Below, piece after piece: positions 49,553-64,000 of a stretch of 64,000 nucleotides of DNA. Positions within the stretch are counted from its first letter, which is position 1. Every line of letters begins with the position of its first letter. This stretch comes from Bugula neritina (taxonomy: Eukaryota; Animalia; Bryozoa): NCBI GenBank assembly GCA_964035545.1, contig OZ037768.1, positions 16,909,875 through 16,973,874 on the forward strand, given 5' to 3'. Below the pieces are notes generated by a model that had not been told where the DNA came from, did not search any database, and saw nothing but the letters and a program-made list of their open reading frames with translations. The position numbers and the translations under genes were made by a program.

Positions 49553-52500
49553 TCAGTTGTCTATTGAGCCTTTCAGATGCCATACACCTGCTCGAAATAC
49601 ACAGTAGCCCTGAAAAGAAATATTAAGACTTTTTACACAAATATTGAATATTGAGTGATAAATTTGCTCTATGAAATCATAAACAAAAAATACAAGATAT
49701 TCTGTCAATTGGATAAAAAGTAAATATCCTTAATTACTTTAGAGTACATTTAATTGTATATATTATAACCTTATTGTCTCTTATCACTGCTGCAGGTTTG
49801 CCTGCACAGTAAATCAAAGTTCTAAAAGAAACTAAATATCACCAGTAGTAAATTAAGATATGCAGGCAGTCACAAGATGACAGGGAAGCTTAAGTCGACC
49901 ATGTTGCACAAATTGACGAAATATTTGCTAATGGAATATTTCACTAACCTTCAGGATATGTTTGACAGTCTCCTCGGCTATGGCTATATTATGGCGTTCT
50001 AGTTCTTGCTTCAACACGTTGCTTCGTAGTCTACTACTTTGCTGCATTAATGATATAAATATTTTTCTGACTGGTGCTAACCCGTCATCAGTGTCTGCCA
50101 GTAAGTAGAATGTACTAGTACTGCCAGGAGGCTTCTACAAAACAGTCAACTTTAAACACCATCAGTGATACTGCAAAATATTTTTTCTGAAATGAAAATC
50201 ATTATGATTATAAAATAGTAAGTGTACAGAAACAATATTATATTACATTATTCTTCATAGGTCTTGAAATACCCTGGTTATAAATTTCTTATAAAAATTT
50301 GTTGATATAAAGTTTCTTTTGCACAGGGAAGTATATAAAAACTCATGAAAGAAGCAACTAGCATAGGATAAAGATGAACTTTGGCTCAGAGTAGACAATT
50401 TCTATCAAATCCAGTTTCTGAGTGCTGCAAGTTGTTTTCTTAATTTTGATACAATACAATCATACACAAATAAAACGAATTCAACTTGATACCATAATTA
50501 TTAAAACAAAGATATGCATAATAGAATTTTGTTGATTTTGTTGCATCTTCAATTTTTTGAACTGAACCTTCATGAGTGACGATTGAGATTTTGTAAATCT
50601 GGTGGTTTATTGCCACCTAGAACACTTTTATATCATTAGGAAGCTTGGAAACATTTATGATTTAAGCAAACATATTTTGTAAGCTCTAGAAATAACACAT
50701 TACAAAATATAAATGTCCAAAATAGGTATCCATTCGGTTTAATAATGTATTCAAATGATGCTCTTTTCAGCCAAAGCATGAAATGTATTGGTCTAATTTA
50801 CATGGCAGGTGTGCAAACTAGTTTTGAGAAGTCTTGAACTTTCTAATGCCACGAAAAAGGCCATTTGCCAATAATTTTGAAGAAAATCAGTTTCAATAGT
50901 CCAAGTTCTTTTAGAATTCAAGTATATATGTTTGCCTCCGTATACGTATAATGGAATATCCCTCACCATGTAGTGCACTTTGACAGCTCCACATGTGAGG
51001 ATGGCTTTTTCTAGTACGGTATCAGATACTCCAGTAGCAAGAACGTGTCCAGGTGGGCATTGAGCTAGTTTTGTCTGATACATATGCCTCATATCACTCA
51101 TGTTCAAAACAGAGTTCACAAGCAGCTTGTCTCTTAGGAGAGCGGATAACTCTTGAACAAGAGTATCAGTATCAGCACTTTCATTCCTTTGACAAATAGA
51201 AATTTAATATTTACATCACCAAAGTGACTAAATAGTAGACTGTTCGACATTTACAGTTAATCTCCGATTTATTTATACACGTATTGCTGACTCACTTAAT
51301 TATAGATTCAGTTGAACTGCTTTTGATGTGCACATCGTTTGGGAATGCAAAGGCTGGTTTTGTTTGTTCAAGAGTTGGTGTCTTTTCACCGTCCGTGTCA
51401 CTCATATCAGAACGAGATTTCGACTTTGAGGAATTGCGCCTCCGTCTTGATTTGCTCATTTCTTTAAAGTTACAAAACCAAGCATGAAGTTGGATTTTTC
51501 AATGTTGAAAAGCACAGATTTAACAATACAATGATCAAATTTTCTCAGTGAATCAAACAGGCTAAGTGTAGGCTTAAATCCTCCAATTGCAAAACACTAA
51601 GATTTTAGCAAGAAAGAAATGATTACCTATTGGCTTCCCATCTCTAGTTAATTTGAAGTGCTTACAAAGCTGTTGGTATTTAGCATCCCACATCATTTGC
51701 TGTCTCTGCACTACATCTTTGTTCCTGTAAAGCATACTCAACATTTTACTTGACGGCTAAACCCACACTAAACTAAGTAGATACCCAACAAATCAGGCAG
51801 ACAGTACAGACTGGGTGACCCAAAAGTATTTATGCTCACCTGTTCACAAAATCAAAGTCATATTCTAAGTTAAACACCCATCCTTGCTTGACTCTGGGTC
51901 TGGCTATATGTGAGAGCATTTCTTTAAGTTCATCAGCCGGTATTTTTACTACACTAGATACTTCTTTTCTGATAAGTGACCGGGTTTGGGTGAATTTCCA
52001 CAGCTGTAACATGTATAACTTACAGGGCTAGAAATAACAAAACCATCAAGAAGACAGCAGTAGCCATAGAATGTAGCAAATTTCAAGCAATATAATATAA
52101 AGACGTTACCAAAGGCTTCAGCACTCTTCACTTGTGATCAGCATTGAATAAAGCAATAATCAAGTTGGCTGGTGTGATTCAAAACATATTATCAATTTGC
52201 ATTCATAAGTCTGTTTTTTATTCATATATTGTGCTACTTCTACTACTTCTATACAGAAATGTACAGCTATTTCTCAAATGAAAGAGGCAACTGATTTACA
52301 TTAGTATACACCTGTATCAATTTTTCTATATGAAGTTTTGTTAATGACAACGTCAGAACACTACAACGGCTACTACAAAATGTTACATCTGTGCATATAA
52401 AGATAATTGAGTGGCAAAATAACGTGGAAAATCTAAATCATATAGACAAATGAGACTCGCCAAGTATTGAGAGTATTTAGTTTCTACTCAATGAATGGTG

Positions 52501-55500
52501 GAAGAAAAGCTGAATACTAAAATACTCTTAAAAATCCAACCCAAAGGTGCGTTTAACTTATTTAGGAACACGCAATATTGAAATAGAGTTATCATACCAT
52601 GTAATCTCTGGCCCGACTGATCACGTCTGCTGGACTAGCACTGTGAGCACTGAAAGAGTCCTTGGGGTACAATATGTCACTCTTTACCACCCAGCAGCCC
52701 TGCACCAAGACAGCCACTTGTTGCAGGGCCTTTATCACTAGACTGTGGTCCACTTCATCCTCCAGCAGATCAATTAGCTGAGCCCACTTTATCACTTTTG
52801 CTGTATGATACATGGAAATTATTGTTAAACACTTTATATTGATGAATATGTGAAAACAACTCCAACAACTATAATATTTAGTATTATTAGTATAATATGT
52901 AAAATCGTGTTGTTTAGCTCTATAATCCCTGTAATAGTGACTGCAATACCACCTTAAGATATCTGGTAAATATGCAGGCTAACTTGGCAGTCACATGTTA
53001 TAAATTACGACAGCATGTAAAAATACACTCTATGGTCTGCCAAGTAAAGCTATTAAATGGTAGAGTGAGAAAAAAGTCAGGAGTTCAAACATTTCGCTAG
53101 TCAAATTTACACAAAAAGGTAACAGTACAAAATGTATGGAGCAAAGACCTTACCATTGGTGACTATGGTCTTCACCTGGTCATTCAATGACATGGTCTTG
53201 AGTTGAGCAAACGAGAGTGTGTTAGAGGGCCTGTCAGGTTCATCTCTGCAAGTGAAATATTTAAGATGAGTAGAGAGGCGTACTTAGTAGAGCAAAGATT
53301 CAACATGAACTTAATACCAGGCAATAAATACAAACGTTTTCTGTCTTCTGCACTGAGTTGAGGTAAAGAAAATTCTCGGAACAACATGAATGCCTGGAAA
53401 TGAACTGGAGAAAGTGAGAATCGACATTTTGAATTTAAAAAAACAGCAGAAGTACCTGTTTGGAATGATTTACATTCAATAACTTTAAATAGAAAATTTG
53501 TAAAGTTCTTAGAGAGAAATGAAGACCTAGCATAGCACTTAGCCAAATGAAAACAGTAACCTGGTCACTAGGGTAGCAACAATAAGATAGTTCTCCTAAT
53601 TTCTCTATAATATATTTACATTCGGCAGTTTTCTCAAATAAAAATCTACTGAACAGTTTGTAATGTTTGAGATTTATAAAAATTGGTTCTAATGAAACGT
53701 ATTCTAACATTGGTACTTTCTGATCAATTGTTTCACCATAAAAAGTTAATTCAAATACAAGAACACCCAATCATCAATCCTAATGAATTTGAATGCATAA
53801 CAATTATAATATTTATAAATATATTTAAATATTTAAAATCAAATAAAGACGGAAACACCCAACTGACACTTACCCTACATCAGCAGTAGATTTAGGTATG
53901 AGTAAATCAAGGTAGTCAGTTGGAGTGCAATAACTATCCACTGACTCATTGCTATCAGCAAGCAGACGGCGCCTAAGTCGGGCAGACAACTCTTCCTATA
54001 CAAACAATAAATCTTATTCTTACTGATAGACCAATAGGTTACAGCAAAACAATCTTTAACGAATGTAAAGTTAATTACCTAAAGGTGTATCTCCTGAACA
54101 AATACTAAAATAGCATTCAGACACATACGAGATAGTCACACAATGGAAAAACACAGGTGATGTTCAATCTTGACAGAATATATTCAGCATAATATGTTTC
54201 AGCATAATACAAAGTTAACTACATAAAAATCTATCTCTTGAAAAAATATTAAAATAGGATTCAGACACATAAAAGATAGTCTCAGAATGGAACAACAGAA
54301 AAGTAATATTTAGTCCTAACAGAACACCTTCCGTAATGCTCTAGCATAAAACAAACAGAACAAAACTTACTCTTGTTTTATGGTATGTGCACTTGCGCCA
54401 GTCCTCTTTGTCCAGCTCCAATCTCATGTAACCATACGACTGCATCCTACGAGATTTCTGCTCGGCAGTCTCTTGCTTTTCATACTTCTTAGTAATGGGT
54501 TCCAGCTTTTTCTCTTCTTCATCTTGCGAAGACTCTGTAAATGACAGTTTAACCACGAGAATGAAGTTTACATGATGTATTCGTATAAATGATACACTGC
54601 ATAAACAATAATATTTAAAATTGCCATGTTTTTAAGAAATAATAAACAAAAGTTGCCATTAAATACTTAATAAAATAATATTTTACAGTGCAAACTTTTA
54701 ATTTTTCAAGTCCCCAGAGTTCATCGGCTGAAAATAACTCTTACCATAACATAAATACCAGTTCCAAGATATTTCAGAGCAAAATACATTGAACAAATCT
54801 TTTGTAATGTCAATAATAATAAAATACAAGCAATAATGCAGGTAAATAATGCTAACAAAATATATTTCTGGAAATTAAGCTAGAAAAATTTTACATAACA
54901 CATCTATAGCAAATTGACTCTTCCGCACTTGCACATGATTGGGCGCTTGTAAAATTAGACATTTGACCTCTAAAAGTGATCAGAGCAATACTCAGAGCTG
55001 TGCTAATTAAGAGATCCTTGCAATGAATTAAAAGATTATTCAGAATTTTCTACACTGCAGTGATGGCAGACAACTCCGTGATGCAAACGCAGCTCACCTT
55101 CATCCAGCTCCAACAATTGAGCTCTCAACTTGGACGATTCCTCCGCCTTATCCAGGAAGCCCAGGTCAGGCCTCATCTGTACTATTGCTGACAGAGGTGT
55201 GAGATGCAGCTGGCCGTTAGCAACAGAAGCTATAGCATATCTGTCACACTTGGGCATCCCTTCTAAAGAGGTAAGTTCTATTCTATCCAGCTTTCCACTG
55301 CTCAGAAAATACACTCGCATGTTTGAGACATGCTAAAAAGCTCGAAATAACACTACTCTATGTTAGAAAATATCGAGTACATAATACAGTATATGCTGTA
55401 AAACATTCGAAATTTTTAATACTAGTTGTAAGCAATTTACAGAAACATACGGAATATTCTCTAAGCAGTCATAAAATTATAAATTAAATCAAATGATAGC

Positions 55501-57683
55501 ATCATTATCACATTTACCAAGTATAGGAAAATATTAAACCTGTGTTAACATCCACTACAGTAAGCAGACATGTAAAAAAACAACACAGGAAGTTCAACAG
55601 TAAAAAAATGAGTGGTGACATACCTAGCATAAGTCGGCGGGCCTTTGGGAACTGGGCCATCTACACTCATTGCTAGATGCTCCCCTTTACTTGAGAGATA
55701 TGACTTGGAGGTGGTGTCTAAAGCAACTTCTATGGATACCTTTAACAAACCGAGACTTGGCTTATGTTACATACTTCATGTATTAAAACAAACTCTACAG
55801 AAAGGACACATGTTACAGTTTCATCAATTATTCTTACAATATCAGGGAAAACTGAGTCACAGCCTAACCACTTTTACTACATAGTCTAGTAGCAAGTAAA
55901 TTTAACTGCAGTAATGACACAGGACTGTCTACGTAAAAAAATGTTTCACATATTTAAATAATTTCCATTGTAATAAATATAAATTATTACATTTAATAAC
56001 AATAATCAAAAATTGATGAGCATAACCATGTAATAAGTTAGAATTCTTAAAAAGAATAGAATCGTGTAACAATGACTATTATCAGAATTTAGAGTGAACC
56101 CTCACTATCACAATGCTTCAACAACACTCTCTTGACTCAACTATTGACACAATTTTACTTTAAAGTTATTGAAATTAAAACCTTTTTCTGTTGTGGTTTA
56201 ACTTTGGTGGTTATAAACTGTTCCTCTTCATAGCTGCATTCCACAGGTCTGACAGGGTACTACAAAATATATCCAACAGCTTAGTACTATGCCTGTTTCT
56301 CAAACAGATAACAGACTGAGAAATATGAATGTGTAGTCAGAAAGCAGAAAAGCTATAACTTGGTATGGACAAATATGCATCAACACACTTTCAAATTGGA
56401 AGGTAAGTTGGTTTCTAACTCTAACCAACTCTACACTGCTTAACCCTTATTTCAGTCTATAAGACACATCTACGACGTTTTTTGAAGTAGTGACAGGGTA
56501 TGACTGAGCTGTAGATATAAAGTGACATTCTAGCCAAAAACTGACCTATAAAACTATACTGCGCACCTGCAGTGAAACATACTGCTTTTTACACAACCAC
56601 AAAATTCATAACAAAACTTAGCGCAAGAATAAAGTAACAGGAAATTAGATTGTTGAAGTATAGCCTATACTTATGGTATGTGAAAAATAATCAGGTTTTT
56701 ATTAAAAAAAGCTATTCATTGCTTTGAGCGTAGAGACCAATGATAATCATTTAGCAACTGATAGCATTAGCAAAGTGAATTCAAAATACAATGCAACTAA
56801 CTGTACTCAGGGCACAAGCAGGCCACCCTAAAAGAATATATATATTTCTACTCGGTGTAGAAATAAATAACTTCCATTAAATTCTATTCCCGAATTTGTA
56901 CAAGAAATGCTTTGTCACCAACCACTTATGTATATAAGCATGATCTGGAGTGAATACTACAGGTGGGTTAAAGTGTAAAAAATATTCTACCTTGTGTGAC
57001 TTGCCAGAACATATAGCTAAGTTTCAGGGTAATTGTCTAAAGTTTTTCAAGACGCAAAGTCACATAAAATAAGCTATTTTCTGCCAAAGTTATTCCATTT
57101 TGAACACTTTCACTTTAGCCATATCAGCATGTTCCTTGGAACAATTGGATTGCCAGTAAGCTTCAAGAAACAAGAGTATAATGGGAAAATGGTGCATTGC
57201 TACAAACCTGCATTAACCAGAGCTTCTCCTGCAGACTTTTGGTTAAAAATACGTCTATCTAGAAAAAAAGATAGAGCCATCAGCAAAAGATACAAAAGCA
57301 AAAGCAAACCAGCTTTGGCGCTCATAACATCTATAACTATGGCTTGATAAAGACAATGTGTATTGGAATCAGAATGCATTAACGGAAATCTTAATTGACT
57401 AAATTAACTCAATACCTCAAATGGACTAAAAAAACAAAGTTTTTGCACATTATTCTATCACTGGTATTTGGTGTGTTATTGAGCATAAGCCCACAGCAAG
57501 CTGAATCTTCATTTCACACTGTTAGGCAAGTGATGTTGACGCTGTAGGGTTCAAATACCATAGAAGGTAGTTATTTTCTATTGCAAATGTTTGCTCTACT
57601 CCCATTCTATGATCCAAAGGGCTAGGCTAGTAAAGTCTACACATTTGTTAACATACCTCCTTCACTACTTCATCTCTGTCCAT
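49553..57683 (-). CDS. POLR3E: DNA-directed RNA polymerase III subunit RPC5 (Sin-like), about 16 exons
   Basis: Exons read MDRDEVVKE / IDVFLTKSLQEKLWLMQ / YPVRP...KVKPQQKK / VSIEVALDTTSKSY...KGEHLA / LHLTPLSAIVQMRP / RRMQSY / LQQVAVLVQGCWVVKSDILYP / GYCVFRAGVWHLKG..*, matching POLR3E motifs in order. Confidence 0.93.
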
Positions 57684-59069
57684 CGCAAATAATTGCTAAA
57701 AATGAAAAGAGGGCAATAATTTTATATTATATGCATAACAAACACTAGTTTAAGCCAACAACTTCAAATTTTATATTTGTAAGGTGCATTTTTACGTGTA
57801 AATGTAGTGAGCAGTATATCCATAGTAATAGCATACTATCAACATATCAGTATTACTGTAATGATGTCAAATATCACCTGTATTTGAGCTACACTAAGCA
57901 AAAGGAGTCTAAGTGAAAAATAATTATACATTTCCATACAAAACAGCATTACACCTAGTAACTTATAGTTCCTAAACTATCGCATTGAATAAAAACTGAA
58001 CACTTTTAATAAAGCATTTGTTCTTGCAAGTTTGTAATATCAAAGCACATAACTTATTTAAAAAATGCTATGGGGTTCAGAACAGGTAAAAAACTCTTTA
58101 CAATTATTAAAATTATCCTTCTTCATCTCAACAAGCTCATAATATTTATATTATGCAGATTAAAGTGACACTAATATTCTGTAACTGGCATATTCTTTAT
58201 CTGCTTATGCATAGCTTTCAGGACTTTCAAAGAGATGATATGCAGCCTGATAAAAACTTCCTAGTCGAATTTTTTTTGCTGTTTTTCTCATATAATTATT
58301 CTAGAAAATGTTCTGGTTCAGCCCATATTTTATTTGAAAGCAACTTTTATCAAATTAAGTGAGCCAAATGTATTATCCTTCTACGAAACAAATTAATCTA
58401 TTCGTTGTTGATTACATAAAATGAAAAATCATTTTTTATACTAATAAGGTCAATTTTCCTTAGAAATGTAATCAAATCTAACTTTTTGTAATAAAAACTG
58501 GTCTGGAATTCTCTTAATAAGATCATTAAAATCATTACATGGCATAACCTTTTTAGAATTAAAAGTCTTATGTCATCGCTAAATCCTTGGCAGCTTTTGA
58601 AGCATAAGCCATCACTCCACAAAAAGATAGATTTTTCTTTTCTATGTTTAGCCATTTGAATAAACCACTTGACTAGCTATATATTGTTGAAATAGAGGAC
58701 ACATTTGAAATGGGGAATAAAGTTGAACTAAAGCTTACAGCGTTTACCTTTTATTAGATTGAGATTGGCAAAACTCTGCAACACGCATGCTTGAAGTCGT
58801 TTCAAATTAGTTTTTTACATGTAGCTGAGATATTTTTTTCTCAAATCCAAGAAATTGACAAATTTTTCCCATATGCTGTGAATAAACTGTTGTATCACTA
58901 CTAAAACAGCGATGAATGTAACTTATCACTGCTTAAAACGGAGTTGAACTGCGATGAACTATAGCACTGTTAATGGTAACTATACAAGCTTTTAGATATG
59001 AAGCTAAGAAACATTTTTAGTTAAATAGCTAAGGATTTTGTAAACTAAAACATACTCATTCTGAGGTTA

Positions 59070-59328
59070 GGTAAAACTGTCACGGTAAAAATGGCACAGG
59101 TAATAATGGCACCGGTAATAAGGGCACAAATGGAAAAGTAGGAAAAAATGACACACTGATGTTAAACTTTCCAAAACCCTTAACTCAGACTCTCAACCTT
59201 GAAACCCCAACCTCAAACTCAAACTCCGATTCCCAAGCTCAAACCTCCATCCCAACCACCCAACCCCAACATTGAAAATGTGCCATTTTTACTTACTTTG
59301 CCACTTGTGCCATTTTTACCAGACACCA
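59070..59328. mobile_element. MITE-like element with inverted GGTAAAAATGGCACA subterminal repeats and an AACCC-rich core
   Basis: GGTAAWAATGGCAC occurs 3-4 times at the left and GTGCCATTTTTAC twice at the right; exact termini are uncertain. Confidence 0.68.
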
Positions 59329-59859
59329 TTCCCTCTACTACTTAATAAGTCTTGTACTCAGTAAACATGTTTGTAACATAATCCTATAGTCTGTTTGACT
59401 GGGCAGCTGCCAGAAATAGAACAATACCAGTTAATTTTCCATGTCCATGTAAATCATCATTATGCAATGGCTAGTAACTATTACTTATGCTAGCACTGTA
59501 GCTTAGCCAAAATATTATTAATAATAGCCAAGACCCAATAACCATAGGCAAAGTCATAGTGATACTGATAGTCATGGTCACAATGATAAGAGTAGCCCTA
59601 AGGGCTAAGAGCAGATGTAGAGATAACCATGACATATTACTGCTACTATTAGTACTAGTTTTACTTATAATTTTACATTGAAAGACTACGGTGAAATATA
59701 ACCGTATACTAAATTCACTATTTTATAAAATAATTATAACTTTATTACTATACTCTATAGGCAGGTAGCCTATAAATGTATTTTTCATATAGAACTGAAT
59801 ATCAAAATTAAAAAGTAAAATAATTATAAGTATAGTTAAAATTTAAATTTGTTCAACAG

Positions 59860-60830
59860 CCACACTGAATCAGCGTCATGGTGACAGTGACTCAAGTCTA
59901 AAAGTGAATGACTATCATCGTCAGTGATACTCATAGTCATAGGGAAATCTGTCACATCAGCCTCAGATCAGTGACTATGACTATGAGTATCATTATTTAT
60001 TGTCATAATGATAATCATTATCTTAATCATAATGATAATAATGTATTGATTATCATTATGATTCTCACTACCACTATCACTATGTCACAATAAGTATGAC
60101 TATGAGTAAGGCTTTATGGGTATCAGCAAGTAAGTATGACTATGACCATCACTGATCACTATCAGTAGGTACCATACTGATAGTTATACGGGTATGCGAT
60201 TGTCATTAAGTTTAACTTTTACTTTAACTTTAAGTATAAGACTAAGTAGGCTAAGACTATCACTATCACTATGATGTTCACTAAGAATATGGCCATGGCT
60301 TATAGGCACGGCATTGACTATCACTATTCTTATGATTATCACTATGAGTATGAGTATCAAATTTAATACCATTCGCTTATCAATATGAGTATCACTGTCA
60401 GTGTCACTATGACTATGACTATGAGTATCAGTATCAGACTCAGTATGGTTATCCCGATCCGTATCAGTGACTGTGCTAGCCCACCTAGCTATAGGCGAGC
60501 TAGGCCTGTTGGTTATCAGTATCACTGAGTATCACTATGACTGCCACTAGTATCCGTATGGCTATGATATTGATAATATTAATCATAATGATAGCTATAG
60601 TAATAGTGTCTAGTGATTTTCATATTGATACTCGCTATGGGCTACCGCTATATTAATGTAATTGTATCAGTATCACTATCATACTGATACTCTATCAGTA
60701 TGCCTGTAACCGTAAAACGTAAGTGTAATGTGTACAGCGTATTAGTATCACTATTAATATTACTATTAGTATTAGACAGAATTATTAGTATCAGTATCAC
60801 TAATGACTAGCAAGTTGAACTTGAAGTAGC
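59860..60830. repeat. Degenerate ACT/AGT/ATC triplet low-complexity tract
   Basis: Mosaic of AGTATC/ACTATG/ACTATC hexamers; the same class of tract occurs elsewhere in the window. Confidence 0.75.
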
Positions 60831-61292
60831 ACCAGCAGTAGCCCGATTCTATGCCTAGCCATACCGATGGCGATACGTTTAACTTTATAAATATATACTT
60901 ATAGCTATTAAATAAAATAAGATTAAATTAAATTAAATTAAATTAAATATTTACTGCAATCTTATTTTTGCAGATGACATTATCATTATGATTATAATGA
61001 GCATAAACAATGCTGGCTGCGAACACTTGTACTCTAGCACTCACACTGGATTTGATGTGCCATGCGAGTCCTAAGTTGAAGGGCGCAGGTGATACTTAGT
61101 GAATGAAATTCTGGCAAGGCGTCATTCCGTACCCACCCGTCAATACTATGGTTACTATAGCATAGTAGTAGCGAATCAACGAAACAAATTACCATAATAT
61201 TATTATTCGCATTGAATTGTTCTATATGATTATAATGTATGTATGCTTTGTTTGAGTGCAAAATGATTGGCTCGATCTATATGGTTATGTGA

Positions 61293-61440
61293 TATATACA
61301 TTATATACATTATATACATTATACACAATATATACATTATATACATTATACACAATATATACATTATATACATTATATACATTTTATACATTATATACAC
61401 CATATGCATTATACACATTATATGCATCATATACATTATA
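61293..61440. repeat. 9-bp tandem repeat (TATACATTA)n
   Basis: Directly visible. Confidence 0.9.
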
Positions 61441-61453
61441 CGCATCACGTTCG

Positions 61454-61726
<273 letters not shown>

Positions 61727-64000
61727 AGTCATGACATATGTTAATTCCTTCGCAGCCTTTCAAAGTTGGTAACTAAAGTTTCTTCCATATCGATAATGAT
61801 CATGTATTGTAAAAGAGTCACGTACTAGCCATCAAATAATTATTAAGACTAAGCAAAGAACCATTATAACTGCAATTATCTGGCTAGGCATGAACCACTG
61901 TAATGAAAAAGTCAGCCAGGGTGTTATCTATGAAACCCAAGACAATACACTGGCCCACTGCTTTCTCTTTCTTTGCAAATTACCTTAGTTTTCCTGACAA
62001 GCAGCAGGTAATAATCAGTTTTTAATTTGATGATAGGCACTATATATTAAATGTGGATCACCTTTTTATAAGATTTTCGTTGTAACTGAACTTATATAAT
62101 TATCAGGTCATGCTGTAAATAGTGGAAGAGTTCAAAATTTAGGCCATAGTCTATAAGGAAACACATGAATATTGAAAGTATGTAACCTAGATAAAAATAC
62201 CAGGTTGCCAGGTTGCCAGAACTGTAAATATGAAATTAGTGAGTATAATGAGCAATCAATCCCATGTTTACCTCTGGCATTGTTATAATGAGGCTTTATA
62301 ATAACATTTACAAATATGAAAGGTTTACCAGCACAGTATTTTTAGTATATTTCACAATACATGCATTTCCACATAATAAAATACAGTACAATAAAATCAC
62401 ACCAAAGTTCTTTTTCATTACATTCCCATCAGTTGCGATGACTTTACTATAATGTGATGTTGAAATGCTTTCAAATTGTCAAATTTATTTTTTAAAATCA
62501 AGTATATATTGCTAACCTCATTAGGGTGTAATTATAGTTTATATCTACAGACTATTCATGACAACTTTTTGACCAAAATGAGAATATATTTCAAGCTATT
62601 CAAAATTGCTCACTGACATCATAAGCAGGTATTTAAAAGATTTCTTTTGCTAAAGCATCTAGCTTTAAATAAAGCATGTTACCTTCTTCATGACATTTGT
62701 GTTTCTGGCAAAGGGTTTTCTTTTTGTCAGGAGCACAGACACTCATATGCTGCAGTGCTTCAGCTATATAATATCTGCTTCCTTGAAAATTTCTGTTTGA
62801 TTTCTTGATACGATTTCTTTCAATAACAGAATGCTGTCAAATAATATACTTGAAGTGTTTTTATTTATTTTCAGAATACTTCATATTTAAAAAGTTTTTT
62901 CTAGGCCCTTTTCTAGAAATTGACAAATGCTAACAGAATTAAATTACATGGTGATCTATGTCTAGATTAGAGAGCATTTCCTTTGGTTTATTATTTGTAT
63001 AAGTTAGAATTTTCGAACTAATTAATTTGTGGTGAATAAAGATCATCTAGCGTAACTCAGAGTAGGTAAGTAAAAAAAATTAATCAAAGGAGAGCTCTAC
63101 AGTAGGTTTCACCATTTATTTATGTCCCTAGTTGCATGAACTGTTACAGTGGCTAATGCATTATGGTTTTTTTTATTCTTCAGCTGCTCTAAATAGAAAA
63201 GGGTTCTTTTTGAACTCAAAGAAACCAAAGTGAAAACTTGAAAGTTTCTGTTCAAAGTATTTACAACTTTTATAAGCAAATTGGTATAGTTATTCGATTG
63301 TCTTGAAAAAACTAAGCAATATATTGTTAATAGCATAACCGACCTTATTCTACCTCATTGTAAATGAATATAATATCATCATCTTTGGCATTAGCCTACC
63401 GGTTTTTAACCAATCAGCTTAAAGCCAAAAAATACTGCCAGTTTGCAGAGTGGAGTTGAAAACAGTATATAAGAGCGACAACATGCATTTTTATTTCAAT
63501 CCTCTGCACATTTCACACTCATTCTATACAAGTGATTCAGGTATGTTGTCTTATTAAAGCATCATGAACATTCAACTTATACTATTATTATAATACATAT
63601 AAGATTTTATATATTTCATGATAGGCATACTTTAGCAAATTTGACGCAGTTCATTGGTAAGATCTTGTTTACAAACTAGTTCTTTGGCAGCAGTCAAAAG
63701 TATCTAACACTATGATTGTACATGTATTAATGTTGAAAAGTCATTACATTGCTAATTTTTAACAAAATTTAGTTGTAAGCATATTTTATTTAATTTTTAT
63801 AAAATATGTTATTGTTTATAGAAAGCAACTTTACCATGAAGATTTTTGGTCTAATTTTGATTGCCATGTTTTTCGTCAGTGTATCAGGTTAGTTTGAAAT
63901 TATTCAATATTATATAATGATTTATGTAAGAGATATTAATATTTATTAAGTTTCACTTCCTATGTGCAGTCATTGCAGTCCATATAAATTTAATCAATTC

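Noticed and set aside
57500-57590. Possible SINE head (GGTTCAAATAC B-box-like)
   Set aside because: No clear A box, body or boundaries.
46134-57683. TSEN54 next to POLR3E as a functional tRNA-biogenesis cluster
   Set aside because: They are tail to tail with no shared promoter; adjacency alone is weak evidence without synteny data.
61030-61145. GC-richer island as a Helitron end or snRNA
   Set aside because: No convincing terminal hairpin or snRNA motif. It may be a non-coding first exon of POLR3E (minus-strand donor GTGAGT near 61040), but sequence alone cannot support that.

Overview
AT-rich, compact-intron metazoan DNA (invertebrate style; the species cannot be determined from the sequence). 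Seven host genes were reconstructed by hand from GT-AG splice sites and reading phase. They lie in alternating divergent and convergent pairs: FOXRED1 (-, runs off the left edge), CCDC178 (+), MRPS33 (-), GABARAPL2/Atg8 (+), RSRC2 (-), TSEN54 (+) and POLR3E (-). Mobile DNA is concentrated in the divergent intergenic regions and first introns. (1) A 7.5-kb Gypsy-type LTR retrotransposon (34880-42386) sits in TSEN54 intron 1, with near-identical LTRs, a 4-bp TSD, a tRNA-Leu PBS and a -1 frameshift signal. After pol it carries a third ORF that is not env: an apparently splice-expressed zinc-finger / Arg-Ser-Pro / coiled-coil protein. (2) An internally deleted, intron-containing P element (17474-21103) has an 8-bp TSD. 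About 15 kb away, a 39-bp remnant made only of its two termini has its own 8-bp TSD and looks like a P excision footprint. (3) Also present are Penelope-type hammerhead palindromes, a tRNA-derived SINE with an amplified A box, an old short LTR element, an RTE LINE fragment, several MITEs and microsatellites. Gene names come from recognised protein motifs; no database search was run.
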